From: a candidate division FCPU426 bacterium
GTDB taxonomy: Bacteria; Oederibacteriota; JAAXVQ01; JAUVAV01
Length of the DNA: 64,000 bases
Assembly (NCBI GenBank): GCA_040756875.1
Contig: JBFLYH010000002.1
Span: forward strand, 799,078-863,077
Direction: 5' to 3'
In this document: piece by piece, positions 42,106 to 52,400 of the stretch
How positions within the stretch are numbered: the first letter of the stretch is position 1
Layout of the letters: each line of letters opens with the position of its first letter
The notes under the pieces: model-generated
Databases searched by the model: none
Told to the model about the DNA's origin: nothing
The model's input: only the letters and a program-made list of their open reading frames with translations
Position numbers and translations under genes: made by a program

Positions 42106-43878
42106 GTGTTCCGTTTCGCGCAACCGGAAATGTTGAACGGCCTGTGGTTCCTGCCCGTGCTGGCCGCCGCGTATTGGTGGGGCCAGCGCCTGGCTCGGCT
42201 GCGGCTTGGGCAACTGGTGGGAGCGCGTCTCTCCGACAGACTCACGGTTGGCAACAGCAAGCTCAAGGCCGGCCTGGCCCTGGGCCTGGTATTGGGAGCC
42301 TGGGTGTGCCTGGTGCTGGCCCTGGCCAAGCCCCAGACCGCCCTGGCCGTGCGCCATGCCGTCTTTCCGGGATTGGACGTCGTCCTGGTGGTGGATGTTT
42401 CGCGCTCCATGGATGCCGCGGACGTAACGCCCAGCCGGCTGCAGCGGGCCAAACAGGCGCTCTTCTATTTGGTGGAAACCCTGCAGGGAAACCGGTTCGG
42501 CCTGCTGCCGTTTGCCGGCAAAGCCTTCCTGACCTGCCCGCTCACGCGGGACCAGGGCGCGATCCGGCTGTTGATTGGGAACCTGGAAACCTCCTGGTCG
42601 CCCGTGGCGGGAACGGATCTGACCGAAGCCCTGGTCCAGGCCCGCGAGGCGTTCAGCCGCACGGGCGCCAAGCACCGCGTGGTGGTGGTCGTAAGCGATG
42701 GCGAGAATTTCGGCGCCAAACCCATTCCCACAGTCAAGCGGGCGAACAAGGAAGGCATCCGCACGTATTGCCTGGGCGTGGGCACAGAGGCCGGCACAGC
42801 CGTGCCCGGAGAAAAGAAAGCCGTCACCCGCCTGGACGAAGAAGGCCTGAAACGCATCGCGCTTATCGGCGGCGGCACGTTTCAACGCCTCTCGGCCGGA
42901 GGGCGCGAGGAAGAGGCCCTGGCCGCGGAACTGAAGCGGCTGGAACGCATCGAACTGTTTGCGGCCGAACAGAACGCCTGGCAGGATCATTACCCCTTGG
43001 CCGCACTGGCCGCGGGCTGGCTGCTTCTGCTGGAGTGGCTGCTGGGCCGGCGCCGGGGCAAGCCGGACTGGCGCCTGGCGGCCCGGAAAGTCTGGCGCTG
43101 GCTGGTCCCGGCCATGATCGTGTTGTTCGCGGCTTCGCCCGGCTGGGCGTCCACCCGGCAGCAGGTCAACCAGGGCGTCAAGGCGTATGAGCGAAAGGAT
43201 TTTAAGCGGGCCGAGCAGATCTTCAACCAGGCGCGGGAGAGCGGCCGGCTGCCGGCCCTGGTCGAATACGATCTGGGCTGCGCGCTCCTGGCCCAGCATA
43301 ATTACCTGGCAGCCTACCAGGCGTTCGAGCGCGCCCAACCCGCGGCCAAGGGCCGGCTGGCCGGCGATGTATGGTACAACCTGGGGTACACCGCTTTTTA
43401 CGTGGGGATCAAAACCGGGACAGCAGAGCGCTGGAGCGAGGCGGCCGAGGCGTTCAAACGCTGCCTGCTGCTGGACCCGGAGGATGATGACGCCCGCTAC
43501 AATCTGGAGCTGATCCTGCGCGAAATTCAAAAACACACCCGTCAGGCTGCGCCGCACGAACAGCAATCCCAGGGCAGCGGGAAAGGCAAAGACGCAGGCG
43601 CCAACGCGGACAAGCCCGGCCAGGACCGACAGCCCAACCAGGGCCGGGAAAACGATCAGGCGCCGCCCAGCGAAGCTCAGCAGCAGACCAAGCAGCGCCA
43701 GGCCGAGCAGGGGAAGGCCAACACCTCGGAGGAACAGAGCGGCCGCAGGCAGAAGGGCATGTCCAAGGAGGACGCCCTGCGCACCTTGCGCTCCCTGGAC
43801 GCGGAACAGGGACAGGTGCAGAAAAATTGGCCGCAGGATTCAAAGACCCAAAGCGAGTATCAGGGGCCGGCTTGGTAG
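42106..43878 (+). CDS. BatB-BatC-like fusion (VWA + TPR + Q/E-rich tail)
   Basis: MFRFAQP, DVSRSM..D..PSRL, SDGE, TPR (WYNLG, ARYNLE), low-complexity tail and terminal W typical of BatC. Confidence 0.85.
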   Translation: MFRFAQPEMLNGLWFLPVLAAAYWWGQRLARLRLGQLVGARLSDRLTVGNSKLKAGLALGLVLGAWVCLVLALAKPQTALAVRHAVFPGLDVVLVVDVSRSMDAADVTPSRLQRAKQALFYLVETLQGNRFGLLPFAGKAFLTCPLTRDQGAIRLLIGNLETSWSPVAGTDLTEALVQAREAFSRTGAKHRVVVVVSDGENFGAKPIPTVKRANKEGIRTYCLGVGTEAGTAVPGEKKAVTRLDEEGLKRIALIGGGTFQRLSAGGREEEALAAELKRLERIELFAAEQNAWQDHYPLAALAAGWLLLLEWLLGRRRGKPDWRLAARKVWRWLVPAMIVLFAASPGWASTRQQVNQGVKAYERKDFKRAEQIFNQARESGRLPALVEYDLGCALLAQHNYLAAYQAFERAQPAAKGRLAGDVWYNLGYTAFYVGIKTGTAERWSEAAEAFKRCLLLDPEDDDARYNLELILREIQKHTRQAAPHEQQSQGSGKGKDAGANADKPGQDRQPNQGRENDQAPPSEAQQQTKQRQAEQGKANTSEEQSGRRQKGMSKEDALRTLRSLDAEQGQVQKNWPQDSKTQSEYQGPAW

Positions 43879-43977
43879 GTAATACGAAGCGAAGGGTCTG
43901 ACATACTCGAGTGCAAGAAATCCCAGATTACCCGGAGTAATACGTCTGACTATAACCCGGAAGGGCAGCGACAACTT

Positions 43978-45555
43978 GTGAACAAAACAAGAACTCGAAT
44001 ATTCCAGGCGGCATTAGTCATTGCCTGCCTGTTGGCAACAGGAGTAATCCAGGCCAGGGCCGAATCGCTCTATGGGGATTTTAAAATCACGGATATGCCG
44101 TGGGTGGATATCCAGGAATTGCAGTTACTGCTGGGAGCGGAGACTCATTTCGGGAAGTCTCAGGACCAAGACACGCAGGTTGATCTCTCACGAATGACGC
44201 AAACCAGTGCCCGAATGGATAATATTGATTTACGTCTCTTACCCAACCTCAAGTATCAATGCCTCTCCCTGGAACAGGAGCTGCAGGTGAACATTCCATT
44301 CGAAAATTATGTCCAGCATTCAAATTATGCCGCCAAATATATCGGTTATAGCAGAAACGATAACAGCAATGACCAGTATGATTCGGAATTCACATCCATC
44401 CAATTAAGCTTTTCACCTGAACTAAACTACACCCGACACCTGAATTTCGGCTTTGTAAGCAACGACCTAACTATACTGGGCTCAATGAAATTTGAACGTT
44501 CCATCCATACCTCCTCAAACCTCTTAAATCCCGGCAGCACAAGCCGGCAAGAGAGTAAAAACGAAAACTACCAATTGCAGATTCACGAATTAATCCGGAC
44601 AGGAGTAGGCCGCATTTTTGAAGGGAAATATGCCTATCAAGGCATGCAAATAGCCGCTGAGCTGGCGCGTGCTTTAAAATGGCTAAAACCCATGACCACA
44701 GAGGATATGCAGGACTTGGGAAAGTTGCTGGCCATATTACGCACAGAGTATACGTTTGACAGGCGGGAAAAAATGCTGAGTGATATGCATTGGCTGGGCG
44801 GTTTTTTATCTGAGCGCGGTTATATTGAGAAGGATGATTTCGATGCCCTGCTCCTGGTTCAGGATATTTATCAGAATGTCAGCCAAGACCCGCGGGAATT
44901 TGGAAGCCAGGCCAATGTCCGGCTGGGAGCGGATTTCGAGCTTGCGAACTCCGAACAAATCAGTTTTGTTCCCGGGGTCGGGGAGCCCTCCTTTTTCAAG
45001 GAGGAGCCCATCGCTTTATTGTGGTATGTGGGCGCTGAATGGCAATACCGCGAGCCGCTTGACCGCGTTTGGCAGTGGGATGTTTCCGCGACCTGCGACT
45101 ACTATCCTGCCTATGTTCCGCAGATCAATTCCGACGAGTACCAGGCTGTGCCATTGCTCAGGCCAGGGTTGGAAACCCGGCTGGCCTGTTATTTTGACAC
45201 CCGGTTCTCAATCGCCCTGAGCAATGCCATGCAACTGAGGTGGCCCCTGGGCAGCCGGCGCCGGATCGAAGAGCAGTCCTGGGGTATTTTAGTCAGCGAC
45301 GAGCGGGACGCCCGGTTCGACGAAACCCTGCAAGCTGCCTTCAAGTACCAATTAAGCGGATCCCTCAGCCTGACCGCTGCGGTCTCGTGGTCTTATTCCC
45401 TGGACCGGCGGATTTCAGGGACATACCAAACCTGCCCGAACGACGCAACGCAAACGCTGACCGCTCCGCAGATAACCTACTTGTTGGATCGGGCCGGAAG
45501 CGTCGAGGATTACACTTGGCGGACCACTGTGAGCCTGCAATATGAAATCTTTTAA
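43978..45555 (+). CDS. Hypothetical exported protein, probable outer-membrane beta-barrel
   Basis: Signal peptide ending ARA, many amphipathic strands, C-terminal ...SLQYEIF. Confidence 0.65.
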   Translation: MNKTRTRIFQAALVIACLLATGVIQARAESLYGDFKITDMPWVDIQELQLLLGAETHFGKSQDQDTQVDLSRMTQTSARMDNIDLRLLPNLKYQCLSLEQELQVNIPFENYVQHSNYAAKYIGYSRNDNSNDQYDSEFTSIQLSFSPELNYTRHLNFGFVSNDLTILGSMKFERSIHTSSNLLNPGSTSRQESKNENYQLQIHELIRTGVGRIFEGKYAYQGMQIAAELARALKWLKPMTTEDMQDLGKLLAILRTEYTFDRREKMLSDMHWLGGFLSERGYIEKDDFDALLLVQDIYQNVSQDPREFGSQANVRLGADFELANSEQISFVPGVGEPSFFKEEPIALLWYVGAEWQYREPLDRVWQWDVSATCDYYPAYVPQINSDEYQAVPLLRPGLETRLACYFDTRFSIALSNAMQLRWPLGSRRRIEEQSWGILVSDERDARFDETLQAAFKYQLSGSLSLTAAVSWSYSLDRRISGTYQTCPNDATQTLTAPQITYLLDRAGSVEDYTWRTTVSLQYEIF

Positions 45556-46297
45556 TTCGCCGTTTGCCAAACTGGGCGCCTTGGGCCTGCTGGGTTGGGT
45601 CAGCGTCCATCCCTGTATGCTCCGGGCGGATGAACCCGCAGCAGGTCCGGCCGCAGTCATTGCCAGTGAACCAGCCTGCCCGGCGGGGAATAGCGAGGGA
45701 TGGGCCGAAGACGCTGCCTGCCAGCCGCCAGCCGGAGTTTCGCCGGAAACCGAATTGCCAGGGCCGGCAGAAATCCAGCGCGCGGCCATGGCCTCCAGGC
45801 CGCTGGTTTTCTCCGGACTGGGCGGAGTGGGAATAAAAGCCTGCCGCTTGCTCGGCAACAACCGCTGGCTGCTTACGGCACACGGCGATTGGATTCTGTT
45901 CAACCGGGCTTTTTTGGGTCTGGCTTTTTTCCGCATGGTATCGCCGACGGTTTATGTGCCTTTGGCCGACCGCTTGGTGGGGCTGACCATTACCGGCGGC
46001 GGAGCGCAGGGAGGGTATATCGTTACTTTAGGGAGCGGTTTTTTCTTGCGAACCCAGTTGTTTTTGGGCGTGACCAGCGTTTTTTATACGAATCCAACGG
46101 ACAATCTGTTCACAGCCAATGATCTGATGGTCATTGAGCCGGCGGTCTATGCGGGCGTGCATGCGCTGGAGTGGCTCCACGTTTCCGCAGGCGTGGCCTA
46201 TCGCTACCATCTCGGCGCCGAAGGCCGGGAGGGGTTTGGGGAAAACGCCTTTGACAGCCTGGCCGCTGAAATCAGATTGGAGTTTGGCGGTTATTAA
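45542..46297 (+). CDS. Hypothetical exported protein, probable small outer-membrane beta-barrel
   Basis: Signal peptide, Pro/Ala linker, Gly/aromatic strands (VSAGVAYRY, EIRLEFGGY). Confidence 0.6.
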   Translation: MKSFNSPFAKLGALGLLGWVSVHPCMLRADEPAAGPAAVIASEPACPAGNSEGWAEDAACQPPAGVSPETELPGPAEIQRAAMASRPLVFSGLGGVGIKACRLLGNNRWLLTAHGDWILFNRAFLGLAFFRMVSPTVYVPLADRLVGLTITGGGAQGGYIVTLGSGFFLRTQLFLGVTSVFYTNPTDNLFTANDLMVIEPAVYAGVHALEWLHVSAGVAYRYHLGAEGREGFGENAFDSLAAEIRLEFGGY

Positions 46298-46332
46298 CGC
46301 GGGAAGGCCATAATAGGAATCATGATTGGTTA

Positions 46333-46361
46333 TGGACAAGCGTAATAATATAAGGTAGAGT
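46333..46361 (+). promoter_or_regulatory. Possible sigma70 promoter for the toxin genes
   Basis: TGGACA-17 nt-TAGAGT in an AT-rich spacer. Confidence 0.35.
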
Positions 46362-46424
46362 AACTGCTCAAATCATTCACACGCATGTGCTGTCTTCACC
46401 CTGCGGGGGATCGAAAGCAGGCGC

Positions 46425-49400
46425 ATGTCCGACAAATCCGGCATCTCTGACCAGATTATTTCACTTCCCACAAGCGGCGGCGCGCTCAAAGGGCTGGGCG
46501 AAAAATTCACGCCTGACCTGCACACCGGCACCGGCAATTTTTCCGTGCCCCTGGCCCTGCCGCCAGGACGCAATGGGTTCCAGCCGCAATTAAATCTGAC
46601 CTACAGCACGGGCCAGGGCCAAGGGCCGTTCGGCCTGGGGTGGAACCTCAACCTGCCGCGCATCAGCCGCAAAACCTCAAAAGGCGTGCCCACCTACCTT
46701 GACATGCAAGACGTGTTCATCCTGTCCGGCGCCGAGGATCTCGTGCCCGTGGAGACCGGCGCGGGACACACGCGCTACCGGCCACGCACCGAGGGGTTGT
46801 TTGCGCTCATCACCCACTTTGCCGGAAACAATGGAGACTACTGGGAAGTCAAAGCCAGGGACGGCCTGATCAGCCGCTACGGCACCCCGCGGCCTGCGTC
46901 CGCGCCGTCCGATTGGCAGGACCCGGCCGTGGTGGTGGATCCCGAGCGCCCGGCCAGGATATTTTCCTGGCTCCTGACCGAGACGCTGGACACATTCGGC
47001 AACCGCGTGGCCTACGACTACGAGCCGGATTCCGGCAACGAAGGCCCGCATCGCTGGAGCCAGGCCTACCTGCGCCGCGTCAGGTATGTGGATTATACCG
47101 ACGCTGCCGGGGATACGGCCTTTTTGGTTTCACTGACTCTGGTGTACGAACTGCTGACCGGCGACGAACCGTTCTCAGATTGCCGGGCGGGGTTCGAAAT
47201 CCGCACGCGCCGGCGCTGCGCCGCGCTTGAAGTGCGCACACATGCCGGCGCAGAGCAGCGGGTGCGCACGTACGCCCTGGGCTACACGCCGGCGGCCAAC
47301 GGCGCTTCGCTCCTGACCCGTCTGACACTCACCGGCCACGACCAGGAGGCGACAGAGTCCATGCCGCCCCTGGAATTCAAGTACAGCGCCTTGCAACCCG
47401 AACGCAGGGATTTTTTTCCGCTGACCGGAAGCCTGCCGCCCTACGCCCTGAGCCATGCGGATTTTGAATTGGCGGATGTGTCCGGCAACGGGCTGCCTGA
47501 CATCGTGGAAATGAGCGGATCCGTGCGGGTCTGGCGCAACCTGGGCCGCGGCCGATTCGCCGAGCCGCGCGAAATGGCGAACGCGCCGGCCGGGGCGAGG
47601 CTGGCCGAGCCGGGCGTGCAGTTTCTCGACGCCACGGGCAACGGCCGGCCGGATTTGCTGATCACGCAGCCCGGGCTCGCCGGCTATTACCCGCTGGACC
47701 AGAAAGGCGAATGGGACGCGCGGTCGTTTCAGGCCTATGCCCAGGCGCCTGGGTTCGACCTGGAAGACCCGGAAGTCAGGCTGGTGGATTTGGACGGAGA
47801 CGGGGTCACCGACGCCCTGCGCACGGGCGAACGGCTGGAGCATTTTTTTCAGGAGCCGGGCCAAGGCTGGACGCGCCTGGTGGCGAAAGAGCGCGGCCCA
47901 CTGGAAACGTTCCCGAACGTTTATTTTTCCGACCCGCGCGTGAAGCTGGCGGACATGAACGGCGACGGCCTGCAGGACATCGTGCTCCTGGGCAACGGCC
48001 GCGTGGATTATTGGCCCAACCTGGGGCAGGGGCGCTGGGGGCGGCGCGTGACCATGCGCCACAGCCCGCGCTTTCCGGAGCAGGTCGACCCGCGGCGGGT
48101 GCTGCTGGGCGACGCGGACGGCGACGGCGCGGCGGATTTGATATTCGTCGAGGACGCGCAGGTCACGCTGTGGCTGAACCGCCAAGGCAACGCCTGGGGC
48201 GAACCCGTGGTGGTTCACGGCACGCCGGCCGTGACGGACACGGACGCCGTGCGCCTGGCGGACGTGCTGGGCGCGGGCGTGCCGGGTGTTTTGTGGAGCA
48301 CAGACCTCGGTGCCGCCGCGGTGGAACGCTATTGTTTCCTGGACTTGACCGGCGGGAACAAGCCGTACCTGCTGACCGAAGTGGACAACAACCTGGGGGC
48401 CGTGATCCGGGTCCAGTACGCTTCGTCCGTGGCGCATTACCTGCGCGACGAGCAAAAAACGGCCGACCGCTGGCAGACCAGCCTGCCGTTTCCCGTGCAG
48501 GTGGTGGAGACCGTGGAAGTCAGCGAGCATTTTTCGGGGAACACGCTGACCACATCGTATGCCTACCACCACGGCGCTTGGGACGGCGGCGAGCGGGAAT
48601 TCCGGGGTTTTGGCCGGGTGGATCAGCTGGACAGCGAGCGCTCCGGGCCTGCGGCCCTGGACGGGCCGCCGTATTCACCACCAGCCCTGACCAGGACCTG
48701 GTTCTATCAGGGGCCCCTGGGCCCGGAGGCCGGGAACTGGCAGTCGCCGGATTTCAGCCGCGAGTATTGGAGCCAGGACCCCGCGTGGTACCCCTGGATC
48801 GAGAGCAGCGCGCTGGCCGGATTGCCGCGCCGGGCCTTGCGCGACGCGTTGCGCAGCCTGCGGGGCAGCCTGCTGCGCGCGGAACTGTACGGGCCGGACC
48901 AGAGCGGACGCGGGAACCGGCCGTATACGGTCATCGAAAACACCTTTGGCCTGCGCGAAGAAGAAGGCGGGCCGGTGCGCGTGTTTTTTCCGCACCCGTT
49001 CATCCAACGGACCACGGAATGGGAGCGGGGCGACGATCCCCTGACGCGCGTGACGGTCACGGATGATTACAGCGCCTGGGGCCTGGCGCAGCAACAGACC
49101 AGTGTGGCCTTGCCCCGGCGCAGCCGCAAGCGGCATCCGGTTACTGCCGCCGCGGTCGGCAGTGTGGACGCGGACGAGACGCGGATCCTGGCCACGCACA
49201 CCCAGACCCAGTACGCCCTGCCTGATTCCGGCCTGTACCTGCATCAATCAGTGGCCCAAACCAGAACCGTGGAGCTGCTCGCTCCGCCCGGCGTGAACGA
49301 GAGCGCGCCCGACGACCTCGGCCAGGTGCTCAGGGACCAGGCTATCGCGGCGCGCGAAGTGAGCGCGCGTTTCCGCGCCCTGCTCAACGCCTGGCAGCCG

Positions 49401-52400
49401 GGCCAGCCCCTGCCGCCTGACCTGAGCGTGCTAAGCCATACGGTGCGCCATTACGACGGCCCGGCGTTTCAAGGGCGCAGGGCCGGGGAGGTGGGGCCGT
49501 TCGGCGCCTTGTCCAGGGTGGAAGGCCTGGCCTTCACGGACCGGGGCCTGGAGGAGGCGTACCAGGAACGCTGGCCAGCCTACCTGGGCGGGAATGCGCC
49601 GCGGCCCGCTGGAGCGCCGGCGGACCTCGGGTCCAGCCACGGTTACCGGCGGATGAACGACGACGCGGAAGGCCATCACGCCGGGTTTTACGCGGACCTG
49701 GAGCGCAACCAGTACGATGTCCAGGATGCGTCGGCCCTGGTCCGGCGCGGCCTGGTGTTGGCCCGGCAAGATGGGCTGTCCCGGCAGACGCAGATTAAAT
49801 TCGACGCCTACGCATTCCTGCCGATCGCTGCCACGGATCCCGCGGGCTTGCCGTCGGCAGCGGAGTACGACTACCGCGTGCAATGGCCCTTGCGCCTTAC
49901 GGATGCCAATGGCAACAGCCAGTGCTACCGCTATACGCCCCTGGGCATGCTGAGCAAGCAATTTCTGGAAGGGCGTCAAGGCGAGGGCGGAACCGAGGAC
50001 GAGCCCGAGCTGGAACTGGCGTATGATTTTGCGGCTTATCAGCAGTCGCGCTCCACAGCCGCTCCGCAACCCATCATGATCCACACCCGGCGCCGGACCG
50101 CGCACGCGCGGGCAGGAAGTTCGGACGCGACCTGGGAAACCCGGGAATACTCGGACGGCCTGGGACGGCTGGTGCAGAAAAGGGAAATGGCCGCGGAATG
50201 GGCGTTGGGCGCGGACGGCGAGGACGCGGGGCTGGGCCCGGATCAAAACCAACCCAGCCAGCCGGCCGCGGTCTTCGGCGATCCGGAGCGGGTCACGGTC
50301 AGCGGCTGGCAGGTTTATGATTACCGGGGCCGCGTGGTGGAAAAGTACGAGAGCTTCTTTGCCAGCGGCTGGGCGTACGCCCCGTCGTCCGAACGAATTT
50401 CCCGGCGCCCGACCAGGATGTATTACGACGTTCGCGGCCGCCTGGTCAGAAGCGTTTTTCCCAACGGCGCCGAGCAGGCGCGGATTTTCGGCGCGCCGGC
50501 CAGCCTGGACCAGCCGAATGATTACCTGCCCACGCCGTGGGAAGTGTATGCCTACGATCCCAATGACCTGGCGCCGGCCAGCCAGGACCCGGGTGGGCAC
50601 ACCCTGGCAGGGGCAGCGCCTGCGTCCCACCATTACACGCCTGCCAGCATGGTGGTCAACGCCCTGGGTAAAATCATTTGCCAGATTCTGCGCAACGGCC
50701 CTGATCCGGCCCTGGACTGGCACCTGAGCCGGTCCGTGTTCGATGGGCGGGGCAATTTGCTGGAGGATGTTGATCCCCTGGGCCGCCGGGCGTTCTGCTA
50801 TGCGTACGATCTTTTCAACCGGCCCCTGCGCACCGAAAGCCTGGACGCCGGGACCCGGACCACGGTCTGGGACGCGGCCCAGAGGCAACTGGAATACCGG
50901 GACAGCAAGGGCAGCCTGGTCCTGCAGCGGCACGACGTCCTGAACCGCGTTCAGGAAGTTTGGGCGCGGGACCAGGAAACCGAAGCGCTGAGTTTGCGCG
51001 TGCGGGTGGAGTACGGCGACGCGGGCGACGCGCAGCAACCGGCTTCGGAACGCCAGGCGCAGAAGCAAAGCAACCGCCTGGGGCGCATCCATTGCCAGTG
51101 GGATGAAGCCGGGAAACTGACGTATGAAGCCTACGACTTCAAGGGCAACTGGCTCGAAAAAACCCGCCGCGTGGTCAGCGACGCAGCCCTGGCGCAAGGG
51201 TGGCAGGCCGCCTGGGAACTGCCGTCAGCCGAGGCGGCGCTCGATCCGCAGACGTTTTCGACTTCCATGTCCTACGATGCCCTGAACCGCCCGGAGCGCA
51301 TCCAGTATCCCGAGGACGCCGAGGGGACCCGGAAAACGCTGGAATTGGAGTATAGCCGGGGCGGCGCCCTGGAGCGGATCAGGTTCGACGGCAGGCCGCA
51401 GGTCACGCGGATCGCCTACAACGCCCGGGGCCAGCGGCTGCTGCTGGCACAGGGAAATTCACTCATGACCCGTTATGCGTACGATCCCCTGGATTTCCGC
51501 CTCCGGCGGCTGCGGACCGAGCGTTTTGTTGAACAAAACAGCGCTTACGTTGCACAGGGGACCGCGCTCCAGGATTTTGCCTATGCGCACGACCTGGCCG
51601 GTAATCTGATTTCCCTGGAAGAACGCACGCCGGGCTGCGGACTGGCGCAGGGCCCGGATGGCCGCGACCGCCTGCAGCGGCGGTTTGTCTATGATCCGCT
51701 CTACCGCCTCCTGCAGGCCGACGGCCGCGCGTGCCAGAACTTCGGCGGTCCGCGGCCCTGGTGGGACGCCGAAGCCTGCGGATACCGCCCGGCCGGGCCC
51801 GGGCCCGCGGCCGCGGACCAGCGCAACGCGCCGGACCTGACCGAGCCGTACCAGGAGCAATACGCGTACGATCCCGCGGGCAATGTGCTGAGCCTGACGT
51901 ACCGGGGCGGCCAAACGTGGTCGCGTCAATACATGCTTGACCCCCGCAACAACCAGGTGGCCGGCCTGCAGGCCGGCGGCGAAAGCCTGAGCTACGCCTA
52001 CGACCCCAGCGGCAACCTGATCCGGCAAAACACCAACCTCCGCTACGCCTGGGATCACGCGAACCGGATGATCGAATTTGCCGACCAGCCGGCCCAGGCT
52101 GCGGCGCCCTCGGTGCGCAGCCGTTACCTCTATGACGCGGACGGCCGGCGGGTTAAAAAATGGGTTTGGAACCAGGGCGCCAACAGCGCGGAACACACGG
52201 TCTACATTGACGCGCTGTTTGAACAGCACGCCTGGATGGAAAACGGCGTCCTGCGGAGGAACACGCAGGCCCACATTCTGGACGGGCAGCAGCGCCTCGC
52301 GGTTCTGCGCCAGGGCCCGGCCCAAGCCCGGGACGCCGGGCCGGCTGTCCAGTGTCATTTAAGCGATCACCTCGGCCACGGCCATCTGGTGACGGACGAC

